From positions 1-64,000 of the forward strand of contig CAVYSE010000019.1 in NCBI GenBank assembly GCA_963771075.1: a stretch of 64,000 nt of DNA, written 5' to 3'. Under the pieces are notes generated by a model, which searched no databases, was not told where the DNA came from, and was given only the letters and a program-made list of their open reading frames with translations. The stretch is from a candidate division FCPU426 bacterium (GTDB lineage: Bacteria > Oederibacteriota > Muellerivitia > Muellerivitales > Muellerivitaceae). Below are positions 7,873 through 19,391 of the stretch, in pieces; position 1 is the stretch's first letter; every line of letters starts with the position of its first letter. A program made the position numbers and the translations under genes.

Positions 7873-10110
7873 TTGAGGACTTTTTTGTCACCAGTTAAAA
7901 CCGAACCATCCCTGAAGCCACTCATCTATACGGTCTTCATCCTCCTGTTCGCCCTGGCGGGGGTGAGCATGGGCATCCTTTACGCCCAGCTCCGGGATCT
8001 CCCCGACATCACCAACCTCAATGAGTTCAAACCCTCCGAGGCGACCCGCATTTACGATGTGAACGGCGATCTCATCAGCCAACTCGCCTTGGAACAGCGC
8101 ACCATCGTTCCGCTGGAAAAGATCCCCCAAAACCTCCAAAACGCGGTTATCTCTATCGAGGACGAACGTTTTTACAAACATTGGGGCATCGACCTGATCG
8201 GTACCACCCGCGCTTTCGTTACCAACGTCCTCCACCACGGCGAGGCCATCCAGGGAGGCAGCACCATTACCCAGCAGCTGGCCCGGAACCTCTTTCTCAC
8301 CCCGGAAAAAAGGATCATCCGCAAGATCAAGGAAGCCCTTTTGGCGGTCCAGATCGAGAAGAACTATTCCAAAAAGCAGATTCTGGAAATGTACTTGAAC
8401 CAGATTTATTTCGGGGAAGGCACCTACGGTTGCGAATCCGCCGCCCGGTCCTATTTCGGAAAACACGTGGAGGATCTCACCCTGCCCGAATGCGCCATGC
8501 TCGCCGGGTTGCCCAAAGCGCCCACCAAATACGACCCCTATAAGGACCCCTTGGTAGCCCTTCAACGCCGCAATACGGTGCTCAACACCATGGCCGGCAC
8601 GGGAGTCATCACCCTCCAGGAAGCCACCGAGGCCAAAAACACCCCCATCGAGTTGAAAAAGATCGAGGTACAGAACGCTCCCTATTTCGTTGAATATATC
8701 TCCCAGCAGTTGGAAACCCGTTATGGCACCAATGCCGTTTATCAGGGCGGGCTGTCGGTTTACACCACCCTGGACCTGAAACTCCAGGACGCCGCGCAGA
8801 AAGCGCTGGAAAGGGGCGTGGCGAACGACGAGATCGTGGCCCAGAAATCCCGCCAGACCAGCATCCCTATCGACCAGCCCATCCAGGGCGCCCTACTGGC
8901 CACGGACCCCCATACGGGAGCCATTCGGGCCATGATCGGGGGCATCGACTACCGCAAGAGCGTGTTTAACCGGGCCATCCAGGCCCGCCGCCAGCCAGGC
9001 TCCGCCTTCAAGCCCATCATTTACGCCGCCGCCATCGAGAACGGATTTACCATGTCGGATGTTTTTTTGGACTCACCCGTTGTCTATCCCGATCCCACCA
9101 CCGGCAAGACCTGGCGTCCCCTCAATTTCTCCGGCAAGTTCCGCGGCCCTACCACCCTCCACACCGCCTTGATGTATTCCATCAACGTCGTCACCATCAA
9201 ACTTTTAGAAAAATTAGGTGTCCAGGCCGCTGTCGCCATGGCCCACCGGCTGGGTATATCCACCCCCATCAAGAACCCCAATTATTCCCTGGGTCTCGGA
9301 ACCTACGAGGTCACCCTGGCTGAGATGGTTCAGGCCTTTTCCGTCTTCGCCAACCAGGGCATCCGCACGGAACCCTTTGGAATCCTGTCGGTGAAGGACA
9401 ATACGGGGAAGATCATCGAGAACAACACTCCGGTGGGGCAGGAGGTTCTCGACCCTCAAACGGCTTATATCATGGTCAATACCATGAAGGATGTCATCGA
9501 CCGCGGCACGGGAAGGGCCATCCGCAAGTTGGGGTTCACTTATCCCGCGGCGGGGAAAACGGGCACCACCAACGACAACGTCGACGCTTGGTTCATCGGC
9601 TTTACACCCGATTTGACCTGCGGGGTTTGGGTCGGATACGACGAACGCCAGAGCCTGGGCAAAAAGCAGACGGGCGGCGAGGCCGCGGCCCCCATCTGGG
9701 CGGAATTCATGAAAGCCGCCATGGAAGGAAAGCCGGTCAAGGATTTCCCCACCCCGCAGAATTTCGAATCGGATTTCGTGAAGAAAAAGGTTTGCCTGGA
9801 TTCGGGGCTCCTCGCCTCGGTCTATTGCCCCCACACCCAGGATGAGATCTTCAAGAAGGAAACCGCCCCCACCAAGATTTGCAATATTCACACGGGGAAC
9901 GGGTCTAAAACCTTGAATTCAGAGGCGAACAACAGCGGGAACACGGCTTCCGGCGGGGATATTTTGGAGATGGACTCCGCCCCGGTCGTCAATTCTTCTA
10001 CCCCGGTGGCAAACGCCCCTTCGCAAACCCCCGTCGCAGGCACGACCGAAACGGGAGCAGTGACCGTAAAACCTTCCGAAGAGGAAAGCTATCCCGACCA
10101 GGGATTCTAA
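7873..10110 (+). CDS. Class A penicillin-binding protein (PBP1A family)
   Basis: TM anchor; transglycosylase motifs [22 protein letters not shown]; transpeptidase motifs SAFK, SIN, KTG. Start codon uncertain. Confidence 0.95.
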   Translation: MRTFLSPVKTEPSLKPLIYTVFILLFALAGVSMGILYAQLRDLPDITNLNEFKPSEATRIYDVNGDLISQLALEQRTIVPLEKIPQNLQNAVISIEDERFYKHWGIDLIGTTRAFVTNVLHHGEAIQGGSTITQQLARNLFLTPEKRIIRKIKEALLAVQIEKNYSKKQILEMYLNQIYFGEGTYGCESAARSYFGKHVEDLTLPECAMLAGLPKAPTKYDPYKDPLVALQRRNTVLNTMAGTGVITLQEATEAKNTPIELKKIEVQNAPYFVEYISQQLETRYGTNAVYQGGLSVYTTLDLKLQDAAQKALERGVANDEIVAQKSRQTSIPIDQPIQGALLATDPHTGAIRAMIGGIDYRKSVFNRAIQARRQPGSAFKPIIYAAAIENGFTMSDVFLDSPVVYPDPTTGKTWRPLNFSGKFRGPTTLHTALMYSINVVTIKLLEKLGVQAAVAMAHRLGISTPIKNPNYSLGLGTYEVTLAEMVQAFSVFANQGIRTEPFGILSVKDNTGKIIENNTPVGQEVLDPQTAYIMVNTMKDVIDRGTGRAIRKLGFTYPAAGKTGTTNDNVDAWFIGFTPDLTCGVWVGYDERQSLGKKQTGGEAAAPIWAEFMKAAMEGKPVKDFPTPQNFESDFVKKKVCLDSGLLASVYCPHTQDEIFKKETAPTKICNIHTGNGSKTLNSEANNSGNTASGGDILEMDSAPVVNSSTPVANAPSQTPVAGTTETGAVTVKPSEEESYPDQGF

Positions 10111-10149
10111 TTCGCGAGCGGATTCCCGCTTTACCCCCCCTGCCGTGAA

Positions 10150-10308
10150 ATGGGAATCTCCCAAAGGATGATCCTCCACTACGAGAATGCCAGGGGAAAC
10201 CCGCCCCAATACCTGTTTCCCAAGTTCGCAAAAGCCTTGGGGATCCACATGGATCAATGGTTTGGGTTGGAAAAAGCGAATATCGAAAGGAAGGAACCCC
10301 GCCTATAG
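10150..10308 (+). pseudogene. Truncated XRE-family helix-turn-helix remnant
   Basis: Hand translation MGISQRMILHYENARGNPPQYLFPKFAKALGIHMDQWFGLEK... matches the second half of an XRE HTH; the first helix is missing. Confidence 0.6.
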
Positions 10309-10318
10309 TTTCTGACTT

Positions 10319-10801
10319 TTAAGAAGGGGTTCCAAGCTTGACTTGGTCCACGGCGTTGCGGAGGACCGGGCGGAGAATATCGAAGGAATCCTTAACGGCG
10401 GTGGGGGTGCCGGGAAGATTGATGATCAGGGTCTTTCCGCGCAGGCCCGTCATGCCGTTGGTCAGTGCAACGTTCGGGGATTTCTCGAAAGCTTTGTGGC
10501 GGATCATCTCCCCCAATCCGGGAATCCATTTCTCGCAGACGTGATGCATGGCCTCGGGTACTCGATCGGTCATGGGCAACCCGATCCCATCCACGGTAAA
10601 GATGACGTCCACTTTCCCGCTGTCCGCCAGTTGAAGCAAAATTCCAGCCAAGGCTTCCGGGTCATCCCCCATGACCTGTCGGTGAAGAATCTCCCATCCC
10701 ATCTTCTTGCAGGTCGCTTCCAAAATATCCCCTGCCTCATCATTGACCGTGCCGTTCACGTATTTGTCCCCCACCGTCAAAAGACATGTTTGGATTGGCA
10801 T
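10319..10801 (-). CDS. MogA/MoaB-family molybdopterin-binding protein (divergent motifs)
   Basis: LTVGD, DEAG, PGLGEMIR, TLIINLPGTP.AV. The canonical TTGGTG loop reads TVDGIG. Confidence 0.85.
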   Translation of the reverse strand: MPIQTCLLTVGDKYVNGTVNDEAGDILEATCKKMGWEILHRQVMGDDPEALAGILLQLADSGKVDVIFTVDGIGLPMTDRVPEAMHHVCEKWIPGLGEMIRHKAFEKSPNVALTNGMTGLRGKTLIINLPGTPTAVKDSFDILRPVLRNAVDQVKLGTPS

Positions 10802-10841
10802 GGAGTTCTCCGAATTGATCCCGGACGGTAGGGCAAAGGAA

Positions 10842-10863
10842 AAAGGGCCCGAAAGGGCCCTTT
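10842..10863 (-). terminator. Intrinsic terminator downstream of the Pro-rich gene
   Basis: AAAGGGCCC-gaaa-GGGCCCTTT perfect hairpin with a U-run on the minus strand. Confidence 0.75.
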
Positions 10864-10890
10864 GGAAGATGAATCCCGGGAGGTTTGAAA

Positions 10891-13080
10891 CTACTTGTTT
10901 CTTGAATCTAAGGGTACGTTACCCAAATCGTCCGTAGGCGGCAAGTCCAAATCTTTGGGCGGCTTCACATCGGAATCCTGAAGAGGAGGAAGGGTCAAGG
11001 CCGAATCCTGTGAGGATTTCGTGCCGGGAGCGGCCGAGTTTCCGGAGGACGTTCCCACACCCAAATCCAAGGGTGGAGCTTGCATTCCATCGATATCCCC
11101 ATTCACACCTTGAAGGGCGTCCACGGCGCTTTTTTGGTCTGTGTTGGGCTGGGCGGCGGGCGCGGCCGCAGGAGCAGCCGGGGCGGCTGAAGTCGAAGCG
11201 GGCGGGGGAGGGGGAACGGCGTTATTATCCAACGCCGGAGGGGGCGCGATGGCGCCGGCCGCGGCGGGGGCCAATGGAGCCGGGACATTCGTGTTGGATT
11301 GAACCGCTGGGGGAGGCGGAATGCTTTGATCCGTTGCGGAGCCGGGAGCGGCGGGTGGTGGAGGCGGCACTTCACCCCCTGGGGCCGCGACTGCGGAAGT
11401 CGCGCCAGCGGGAATATTATTGATGACAGGAGCGGGTTGGGGCGACGCCACCGAAACGTTCGCTGGGGGCAGGGGTACCGACTCAACCGAGGGTGGCGGC
11501 GGAGGCATCAGGTCAGAGTCCGGAATAGCGGGCGCCGCGTTGGAGCCAGGAACACCGAGGTTTTCCGGGGGAGGCGGCGGAGCTGGAGCTTCTGGGGCTC
11601 CAGGAGCGGCTGGCGCGGCAGGAGCCGTGCCGGGGGCGGCTGGAACTTCCAACTCGGGAACACCGGGTATTTCAACGGCCCCGGGAGCCGCAGGAGGAAC
11701 AGCGGCAGGCGCTTCAGGAGGAGGGGCAGGCGAAGGCGCAGCGGGTGCCGCCGCGGGTGCAACGGCCGGTGCAGGAGCAACAGCGGCTGCTGGAGCTCCC
11801 GATACGATCCCCTGACTATTGGGTAAGGCCACGGGCGTCAATTGGTGGGCGGCTTCCGGCAAGATTTGAACCGGAACGGTTCCGCTGGCCGGGATGGGCG
11901 CCATTTCCGCCGGAGCCGGTTGGGGAGTTTCTGCGACGTAAGGGACGGACGGAGGAGCCGCAGCTGGCGCAGGCGCCGTTACGGAAGGCGCGGGGGGCGC
12001 GATTGCTTCTTGGGGCAAGGGAAGAGCTGGGGCCTCGGGAACGGCGGGCGCGGCCACCGCAGGAGCAGCAGGTGCTGGGGCGGCAGGGACAGGAGCGGCT
12101 GGAGCAACAGGAGCGACAGCCGATGGGGCAGGGGGTGCCGCAGCACCTGCTTGGGCGGCCTTCTCTTGGGCTTTTTGGGCCTTTTTAGCCTTCAGGGCTT
12201 CCAGCCCCTCTTGTTCCTTCATTTTCTTGATGGCCAGCTTCTGGGCTTTCTCTTCTTTGCGCTCCTTGGCGGCCATGGCGTTGGACATGGCTTCCGTAAT
12301 TTCAGGCAATTGGGATTGGACGTAAACCCGCAGGACGTCCTTGAGGGATTTCATGGGCTTCAGGTCAATGCCGCCCTGGATCTTGGCCATGACGGCCTTC
12401 TCATCCATCGTGCCCCAGAAGTTACCGCCCAGGTTGTAGACGGGCGTATTGTTGATCACCTCGACCTGGTTGTCGTGGATGCTGTTATTGTGGAAATTCA
12501 GTTCGCCAAAGCTCTTCAGGAAAAGTCCGTAGGTGTTCTGGACGATGGTAGTGAAGGTCACGGTGATCTTGTTCTTGCCGTCGGAAACCAACCCGGTCGC
12601 ATTGCCGTAGATCTTGCAGCTCTTGACACGGACCGTGTTGACACCCTGCAGGTAAAGGCCGCTTCCCTGGGTCATCTCGCTCGAGTCCAGGCTGAGGGTG
12701 GCGTCCTTGGCCAGGAAGATGCCCCCCAAAAATTTAGCGTTCAGGATATTGGCCGTCCCACCGTTGAGGAAAAACTTGTCCTGGAGCCCGCCCTGGAGCA
12801 TGTTGAAAACCGCTGGATTGGCGGCGATCCCCGAAACCAAAAGGGTCCCATCCACTTCCAATTGGGAGGTGCCCTGGAAGATCACCTGAACCCCGTGACC
12901 GATGGTCAGCATCACGCCCTGGGGAACGGATATATTCCCCGAGATTAAGTAGGGACTCCCCGCCTGGTTCCATTGCGTGTCGGAAATGAGGTTGGAAGAA
13001 ACGGTAGTGGAAGCGTTCAGGTTGAGGGACAGAAGGGAGATGGAAAGAATCCAGGTCAGTACGGAAATCGTTCGCTTCAT
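10891..13080 (-). CDS. Secreted right-handed beta-helix protein with Lys/Glu-rich helix and very long Pro/Ala-rich tail
   Basis: Signal peptide; W..AGSPY.I.G.I.V..GV.LTI..GV beta-helix start; NFWG; about 400 aa of P/A low complexity. Confidence 0.75.
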   Translation of the reverse strand: MKRTISVLTWILSISLLSLNLNASTTVSSNLISDTQWNQAGSPYLISGNISVPQGVMLTIGHGVQVIFQGTSQLEVDGTLLVSGIAANPAVFNMLQGGLQDKFFLNGGTANILNAKFLGGIFLAKDATLSLDSSEMTQGSGLYLQGVNTVRVKSCKIYGNATGLVSDGKNKITVTFTTIVQNTYGLFLKSFGELNFHNNSIHDNQVEVINNTPVYNLGGNFWGTMDEKAVMAKIQGGIDLKPMKSLKDVLRVYVQSQLPEITEAMSNAMAAKERKEEKAQKLAIKKMKEQEGLEALKAKKAQKAQEKAAQAGAAAPPAPSAVAPVAPAAPVPAAPAPAAPAVAAPAVPEAPALPLPQEAIAPPAPSVTAPAPAAAPPSVPYVAETPQPAPAEMAPIPASGTVPVQILPEAAHQLTPVALPNSQGIVSGAPAAAVAPAPAVAPAAAPAAPSPAPPPEAPAAVPPAAPGAVEIPGVPELEVPAAPGTAPAAPAAPGAPEAPAPPPPPENLGVPGSNAAPAIPDSDLMPPPPPSVESVPLPPANVSVASPQPAPVINNIPAGATSAVAAPGGEVPPPPPAAPGSATDQSIPPPPAVQSNTNVPAPLAPAAAGAIAPPPALDNNAVPPPPPASTSAAPAAPAAAPAAQPNTDQKSAVDALQGVNGDIDGMQAPPLDLGVGTSSGNSAAPGTKSSQDSALTLPPLQDSDVKPPKDLDLPPTDDLGNVPLDSRNK

Positions 13081-13191
13081 AAAAATGGGGCACCCCGAGA
13101 GATGTTGTTGAAAAACGGCAACTAAGGCCCGGCAAAGCTTAGGTACTATAACAAAAGAACCCTATTGAGAAAATCACAAACAAAAAACCAA

Positions 13192-13229
13192 AGTAAGAAA
13201 GAAGGGGAGGGCATCTTCAGGCCCTCCCC
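13192..13229 (-). terminator. Intrinsic terminator of ppdK
   Basis: GGGGAGGGC-8nt-GCCCTCCCC stem (13204-13229) followed by a U-rich tract on the minus strand. Confidence 0.7.
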
Positions 13230-13257
13230 CGTTATAACATTAAACTGGCCAACGAAA

Positions 13258-16047
13258 TCACTTCGAAGAATACTCTTTCGCGCCCTTTTTCGAGTTCTTC
13301 AAAGCGGCCTGGGCCGCTGCCAACCGGGCGATCGGCACCCGGTAGGGAGAACAAGAAACGTAATTTAAGCCCGCGATATGGCAGAATTCGACGGAGTTGG
13401 GCTCGCCCCCATGCTCCCCGCAGATCCCCACCTTGAGCTTGGGCTTGATCCCACGGCCCTTTTCCACGGCCATGCGGACCAATTGGCCCACCCCGTTGCG
13501 GTCCAGCACCTGGAAGGGGTCCTTCTCGATCACACCGTGGTCCTGGTAGTAGCGGATAATCTTCGCGGTATCGTCGCGGGAGAACCCGAAGGTCGTTTGC
13601 GTCAGGTCGTTGGTGCCGAAGCTGAAGAACTCGGCTTCCTGGGCGATCTGGTCGGCAGTGACGGCCGCGCGCGGCAGCTCGATCATGGTTCCGATCATGT
13701 ATTCGAGCTTGACCCCGAACTTCTGGATGGTCTCCTCGGCGACCTTGATCACGATGGCCTTTTGGTTCTTCAACTCGGCCACATCCCCGACGAGCGGGAT
13801 CATGATCTCGGGCACGATCTTTTTCCCACTCTTCACGATCTCGCAGGCGGCGGCGATGACGGCCTCGGTCTGCATCTCTGTGATTTCAGGATAGGTGATG
13901 CCCAGCCGACATCCCCGGTGTCCCAACATGGGGTTGAACTCGTGAAGCTCCTCGACCCGGGCCAACAGCTTTTTGGCCTTGTCCAGGTCAGATCCGCCTC
14001 CGGGAACCAACTCCAGGGCTTTCTTGATGATTTCGTTCTTGGTGACCGTTTTCCCCGAGGCTTCCAGGGTGGCGATCTCCACCATCAGCTCTTCCCTTTT
14101 CGGCAGGAATTCGTGCAATGGGGGATCCAGGAAACGAACCGTCACCGGGAACCCTTCCATAGCCTCGAACAGGCCGCGGAAGTCAGATTGCTGCATGGGC
14201 AACAGCTTCTTCAAGGCCGCCCGGCGGGAGGCCTCGTCGGTCGCCAGGATCATAGACTGCATGTGGGGAAGGCGGTCCTCGTCAAAGAACATATGCTCGG
14301 TACGGCAGAGCCCGATGCCCTCGGCCCCGAATTTCCGGGCTACCTTGGCGTCGCGCGGGATGTCGGCGTTGGCCCGCACTTTGAGGGTGCGGGTCGCGTC
14401 CGCCCAGCCCATGAGGGTGGCAAAATCACCGGACAACTCCGGATCCATGGTCGCCACCTTTCCATTGATCACTTCGCCCGTGGAGCCGTTGAGGGATATC
14501 CAATCGCCTTCCTTCACCGTCACGTCCCCACAGGAGAACTTGCGTCCATGCTCGTCCACCTTGATCGATTCGCAGCCGGCCACGCAGGTCTTGCCCATGC
14601 CGCGCGCCACGACGGCCGCGTGGCTGGTCATCCCCCCGCGGGCGGTCAAGATTCCCTCGGCGGCGTCCATGCCGTGGATATCGTCGGGAGAGGTTTCCAA
14701 CCGCACCAGGACGACCTTCTTGCCTTCGGCTTTCCACTCGACGGCCACGTCGGCGGTGAAAACCGCCTGGCCGGAAGCGGCGCCGGGAGAGGCCGGCAGG
14801 CCCTGGGTGATGATTTCCTTCTTGGCCTTGGGGTCGAACACCGGGTGCAATAATTGGTCAAGCTGGATTGGCTCGACGCGAAGTAGGGCCTCTTCCTTGG
14901 TGATGAGCTTCTCGGCCACCAGATCGATGGCAATCTTCACGGCTGCGGCCGCAGTGCGTTTTCCAGTGCGGGTCTGCAACATGAAAAGCTTGCCCTTCTC
15001 AATGGTGAACTCGAAGTCCTGGATATCTCGGTAGTGCTTTTCCAGCTTCTTGGTGGTGTCGTAAAGCTGCTTGAACACCTGGGGCATGTCCTTTTCCAGG
15101 TGGGAGATGGGCTGGGGCGTGCGCACGCCGGCGACCACGTCCTCCCCCTGGGCATTCAAGAGGTACTCGCCGTAGAACTTCTTCTCGCCCGTGGCGGGAT
15201 TGCGGGTAAAACCCACGCCCGTCCCCGAATCCTCGCCCATGTTTCCGAACACCATGGACTGCACGTTGACGGCGGTTCCAATATTGTGGGGAATGTCGTT
15301 CTGCTTGCGATAATAGATGGCGCGATCGTTCATCCAGGAGCGGAACACGGCGTCGCGTGCGCCGCGAAGCTGTTCCATAACGTCCTGCGGAAAAGCCTTG
15401 CCGGTCTTATCCTTGATGAGCTTCTTGAACTGCTCGACCATGTCTTTCAGGTCGGCGGCGCTCAATTCAGTGTCCAGCTTGACGCGTTTTTCTTCCTTCA
15501 CTTTGGTAATGACGTGCTCAAAGATTTCCTTGCCCATTTCCATGACCACATTGCCGTACATCTGCACGAAACGGCGGTAGGAATCCCAGGCGAATCGCTC
15601 GTTGTTGGTGGAGGCGATGAGGCCCTTCACCGTCTCGTCGTTGAGCCCTAAGTTGAGGATCGTATCCATCATGCCGGGCATGGAGAACTTGGCCCCTGAA
15701 CGCACGGAAACGAGCAGGGGGTTCTCCCGATCGCCGAACTTCTTGCCCAGGGATTTTTCCAAACGGGTCAGGTGGACCTGCATTTCCTTGTCGATGGACT
15801 CGGGGACCTTCTTGCCCGACTCATAATAGATGCGGCAGGTTTCGGTGCAGATCGTGAAGCCCGGCGGCACGGGCACACCCGCGTTCGTCATCTCGGCCAG
15901 GCCGGCACCCTTTCCTCCCAAGACATCCTTCATGGTGCCGGTCCCTTCGGCCTTCCCGTTGCCGAAGAAATAAACGAACTTGGTGGTTTTCTTTCCAGCC
16001 TTCACGGCTGAACTTTTTGATCCCTTAGACTTGGCTTTTTTCGGCAT
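13258..16047 (-). CDS. ppdK: Pyruvate, phosphate dikinase
   Basis: LGGKGAGLAEM, LVSVRSGA..SMPGMMDT, GGMTSHAAVVARG (phospho-His), CRTEHMF, FSFGTNDLTQ, GICGEHGG. Confidence 0.98.
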   Translation of the reverse strand: MPKKAKSKGSKSSAVKAGKKTTKFVYFFGNGKAEGTGTMKDVLGGKGAGLAEMTNAGVPVPPGFTICTETCRIYYESGKKVPESIDKEMQVHLTRLEKSLGKKFGDRENPLLVSVRSGAKFSMPGMMDTILNLGLNDETVKGLIASTNNERFAWDSYRRFVQMYGNVVMEMGKEIFEHVITKVKEEKRVKLDTELSAADLKDMVEQFKKLIKDKTGKAFPQDVMEQLRGARDAVFRSWMNDRAIYYRKQNDIPHNIGTAVNVQSMVFGNMGEDSGTGVGFTRNPATGEKKFYGEYLLNAQGEDVVAGVRTPQPISHLEKDMPQVFKQLYDTTKKLEKHYRDIQDFEFTIEKGKLFMLQTRTGKRTAAAAVKIAIDLVAEKLITKEEALLRVEPIQLDQLLHPVFDPKAKKEIITQGLPASPGAASGQAVFTADVAVEWKAEGKKVVLVRLETSPDDIHGMDAAEGILTARGGMTSHAAVVARGMGKTCVAGCESIKVDEHGRKFSCGDVTVKEGDWISLNGSTGEVINGKVATMDPELSGDFATLMGWADATRTLKVRANADIPRDAKVARKFGAEGIGLCRTEHMFFDEDRLPHMQSMILATDEASRRAALKKLLPMQQSDFRGLFEAMEGFPVTVRFLDPPLHEFLPKREELMVEIATLEASGKTVTKNEIIKKALELVPGGGSDLDKAKKLLARVEELHEFNPMLGHRGCRLGITYPEITEMQTEAVIAAACEIVKSGKKIVPEIMIPLVGDVAELKNQKAIVIKVAEETIQKFGVKLEYMIGTMIELPRAAVTADQIAQEAEFFSFGTNDLTQTTFGFSRDDTAKIIRYYQDHGVIEKDPFQVLDRNGVGQLVRMAVEKGRGIKPKLKVGICGEHGGEPNSVEFCHIAGLNYVSCSPYRVPIARLAAAQAALKNSKKGAKEYSSK

Positions 16048-16250
16048 GCAACCCTCCCTGGAATGTTGAGGCGATTTTTTTGGCGTGGTCAAAGGCCTGC
16101 AAAATGGCCCTCATTGTATCAGACGAAAATCGCTTTTCAATGACGGCCGGCGGTAAGTGGGAAAGCACAATAATTAACCTCACAAGAAGACTTTTTTGAA
16201 TTATCCGCGCGGGTTTGTCGTTTAAGCTGGATGATATATCGAATGTTTCA

Positions 16251-16353
16251 CCACCACGACGACTAGACACCCAGTCATTCGGGTAGAAAGATTGTAAAAA
16301 CATCCTAACCTAAAATCCCTCATGTTTATCTTGGCGACTTGGTGTCTTGGTGG
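16251..16353. repeat. Inverted 8-mer tandem-repeat element (CTTGGTGT type) between glyS and ppdK
   Basis: Right arm CTTGGCGA CTTGGTGT CTTGGTGG (16330-16353); degenerate left arm CCACCACG ACGACTAG ACACCCAG (16251-16274). Confidence 0.7.
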
Positions 16354-16383
16354 GTCAAAGCGTATTTGCTTCTTAGATTTTTT

Positions 16384-18504
16384 TTAGGCAGGGTTGGAAG
16401 CCTCAGCGGCGAACACTAATTTACGGAAATCACACAGTACAAAAAAGACCTCGGCGCACTGGTTCAAAAGCGCCAGGCGGTTCTTTCGCACCTTGGTGTC
16501 CTTGTCCATGACCATGACCTTCTCGAAGAACCCGTGGACGGGATCGATTAGTGTTTCCATATGGCCGATGACTTGCTCGAAATAATCGGGGCTGGACTTG
16601 TCCACGTCCGCGATAAGTTGATTCGCGAACTGGATCTTCTCGAATAGGTCCTTTTCTTCCTCAAGTTTGAGAAGCGCCTTGGAAACTTTCCCAGGAACCC
16701 CTTTTTCGGGGAGGATGCGGATCACCCGGCCCGCGGCCGTGACCAGCTTCTGGAATTCGGGTTCGAGCTTGCGCTTCTGGACAATCTCCGCCCTTTCCAC
16801 CATCTCCAGCAGGTGGTTCGCCTTGACGGCGGCGACCGCGTTGATCACGTCGTAGGCGATCTCCTTGGTTTCCAGGAGGGACTGCAATCGTCCCTTGAAA
16901 AACTCGACGATCTCGCCCGCCTCCTTGGGCTTGGCCTTGCCCTTGAACCCGGCCTGGGCGGCGTGGACCAGGTCCTCCAGGGACACCGCGTATTTTTGGG
17001 CCAGAAGGATCTGCAAAACCCCCAGGGCCTGGCGGCGCAGGGCGAAGGGGTCCTGCGATCCGGAAGGGATCAAGCCGGCGCGGAAACAACCCGCGATAGT
17101 ATCGAGCTTGTCGGCCATGCTCAGGAGAGAGGCTTCCTTGGTTTCCGGCAGTTTGTCGCCCGCGAAACGGGGCCAGTAATGGGCCTGGATGGCCTCTCCT
17201 GCGGCTTGTTTGCCCTGGCGGATGGCGTAAAAGCCGCCCATATAACCCTGCAGGCTGTTGAATTCTTTTTCCCGAATGATGTTGGTGGCCAGGTCGGCCT
17301 TGCAAAGCAGTGCGGCCTCCTCGGCGGTCTTGGAGATTTCGCCCGGGACTTTGCAAAGCGCCGCCAGCTTTTTCACCAGTTTCTGCAAACGCCCGGCCTT
17401 GTCGGACATACTCCCCATGCCCTCCAGCCAGGTGATGCCGGAAAGTTTTTCCGCCCAGTCTTCCAGGGGCAGTTTGAGGTCCTCCCCCACGAAAAAGCGC
17501 GCGTCTTCCAGGCGGGCTTTCAAAACACCCTCGTTGGCTCGGATGACCACGCCCTTATCCCTGGGCGTGCCGTTGATGACGCCGATGAAGAAGGGGGCCA
17601 AGCGGCCGCTGGAATCCCTCATGGCGAAATATTTTTGGTGTTCCCGCATGGCGGTCACGATGACCTGCTCGGGCAGATCCAAGTATTGGGGGTCGAAGGA
17701 ACCCAGGATGACATCCGGGGACTCCACCAGGTTGTTCACGTCGTTCAAAAGTTCAGGATCGGAAATAACGGCCAGGTTTTTACCGGCGGCGGCCTGTTGG
17801 ACTAGGTTCCAGATCGTTTGCCGGCGCTCGTCCGGATCGGCGATGACCCCGCCCTTCCTAAGATTTTCGAGGTAGTCCCCCGCTTCCACCACGTCCAGGG
17901 GGCCCAGTTTCAATGCCCTTAACCCCTGCGTTTCCCGGTTGCTGTAAAGGCCCGCGACCTCAAAGGGTATCACGGTGCGGGAGAAGACCCCCAACACCCA
18001 CCGAATGGGCCTGGCGAAAAGGAAATCCCCATTGCCCCAACGCTGAACCTTGGGAAACCGGAGCTTCTTGATGATGGCGGGAAACACATCCGCCAAGATT
18101 TCGGAGGTCAGTCGTCCCCCGCTTTTCTTCAGGGCCACCACCACCTCCCCCTTGGGGGTCATTTTACGCTTCAGGGCCGCGGCGTGAATGCCCTGGGCCT
18201 TGGCAAAACCCTCACCCGCCCGGGTGGGCAGGCCATGCTGGTCAAAAGCCACCGAAACCAGTGGCCCGGTGACTTCCTGGCTTGCCTCCGACTGCATTTC
18301 GGGCATGCCTTTGAGAAAGATCGCCAGGCGGCGGGGGGTGTAATAGGTATAGATCTTCTGGCATGTGAGTTTGTGTTCTTTCAACGAAGCCTCGGCGGCC
18401 GCGACCATCTGGTCGATGACGGGCCGTATATAAGAGGAAGGTAATTCCTCACAGCCGATCTCCAATACCGCATCCTTGAGGGGGGAAAGTTGTTCCACGG
18501 TCAT
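16384..18504 (-). CDS. glyS: Glycine--tRNA ligase beta subunit
   Basis: [42 protein letters not shown]. Confidence 0.97.
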   Translation of the reverse strand: MTVEQLSPLKDAVLEIGCEELPSSYIRPVIDQMVAAAEASLKEHKLTCQKIYTYYTPRRLAIFLKGMPEMQSEASQEVTGPLVSVAFDQHGLPTRAGEGFAKAQGIHAAALKRKMTPKGEVVVALKKSGGRLTSEILADVFPAIIKKLRFPKVQRWGNGDFLFARPIRWVLGVFSRTVIPFEVAGLYSNRETQGLRALKLGPLDVVEAGDYLENLRKGGVIADPDERRQTIWNLVQQAAAGKNLAVISDPELLNDVNNLVESPDVILGSFDPQYLDLPEQVIVTAMREHQKYFAMRDSSGRLAPFFIGVINGTPRDKGVVIRANEGVLKARLEDARFFVGEDLKLPLEDWAEKLSGITWLEGMGSMSDKAGRLQKLVKKLAALCKVPGEISKTAEEAALLCKADLATNIIREKEFNSLQGYMGGFYAIRQGKQAAGEAIQAHYWPRFAGDKLPETKEASLLSMADKLDTIAGCFRAGLIPSGSQDPFALRRQALGVLQILLAQKYAVSLEDLVHAAQAGFKGKAKPKEAGEIVEFFKGRLQSLLETKEIAYDVINAVAAVKANHLLEMVERAEIVQKRKLEPEFQKLVTAAGRVIRILPEKGVPGKVSKALLKLEEEKDLFEKIQFANQLIADVDKSSPDYFEQVIGHMETLIDPVHGFFEKVMVMDKDTKVRKNRLALLNQCAEVFFVLCDFRKLVFAAEASNPA

Positions 18505-19391
18505 GCCTGCGCCCCCTTCGCGAGCAAGGGAAAGTTCAAAGTTTCCCGTTCCTTGACGTAGGCGGCGGCCACGGCCTTGGCCATGCCCCTCACTCGGGCG
18601 ATGTAATTGGTGCGCTCGGCCACGGAAATGGCTCCCCGCGCATCCAACAGGTTAAAAGTATGGGAAGCTTTGATTACGTAATCGTAGGCGGGGGCGACCA
18701 GGTTCAACCCGATAAGGCGGTATACCTCGCCCTCGAAATCCTTGAAATGGCGCAACAACATCTTGGTGTTGGCGTGCTCGAAGTTGAAGGCCGAGAAGGT
18801 TTTCTCGCTTTGGTGGAAGATGTCCCGGTAGGTAAGGTTTTTCCCGCCATAATGGAGGTCCCAAACACTGTTGACGCCCTGAAGCACGATGGCAATGCGT
18901 TCCAATCCGAAGGTGATCTCGCCGGAAACGGGCTTGAGCTCAAAACCCCCGGTGGTTTGGAAAAATGTGAACTGGGTGATCTCGATGCCGTCCATCCAAA
19001 CCTGCCAGCCAAGGCCCGAGGCGCCCAGGGTGGGTGATTCCCAGTCGTCTTCCACGAAACGTATATCGTGTTCGTTTTGCTTGATACCGATCTCTTCCAG
19101 GCTTCCCAGGTAAAGTTCCACCATGTTCTCGGGCGAGGGTTTGAGGATAATCTGATACTGGTAATAGTGCTGCATCCGATTGGGATTTTCACCGTACCGT
19201 CCGTCCTTGGGGCGGCGGCAGGGATCCACATAGGCCACACGGAAGGGTTCGGGGCCGAGTACCCGAAAGAAAGTGGCCGGGTTAAAGGTGCCTGCGCCCT
19301 TTTCCAGGTCATAGGGTTGTTGTATGACGCAGCCTTGGCAGCTCCAATAGTTGTTGAGGGTTGAAATGAGTTCTTGGAATGAAAGCGCCAT
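18501..19391 (-). CDS. glyQ: Glycine--tRNA ligase alpha subunit
   Basis: [48 protein letters not shown]. Confidence 0.98.
   Translation of the reverse strand: MALSFQELISTLNNYWSCQGCVIQQPYDLEKGAGTFNPATFFRVLGPEPFRVAYVDPCRRPKDGRYGENPNRMQHYYQYQIILKPSPENMVELYLGSLEEIGIKQNEHDIRFVEDDWESPTLGASGLGWQVWMDGIEITQFTFFQTTGGFELKPVSGEITFGLERIAIVLQGVNSVWDLHYGGKNLTYRDIFHQSEKTFSAFNFEHANTKMLLRHFKDFEGEVYRLIGLNLVAPAYDYVIKASHTFNLLDARGAISVAERTNYIARVRGMAKAVAAAYVKERETLNFPLLAKGAQA

Noticed and set aside
7783..7873. T-box leader for tyrS (also checked upstream of glyQ)
   Set aside because: The intergenic space at tyrS is too short, and no T-box consensus was seen at either gene.
11100..12160. GC-rich quasi-repeats as a DNA repeat element
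   Set aside because: Explained by Pro/Ala codons of the 729-aa protein; no fixed period.
13378..15651. Long plus-strand ORFs antisense to ppdK (and similar ones opposite glyS, sufB, ftsK, pcrA)
   Set aside because: Shadow ORFs expected from GC-rich codon bias; no recognisable motifs.
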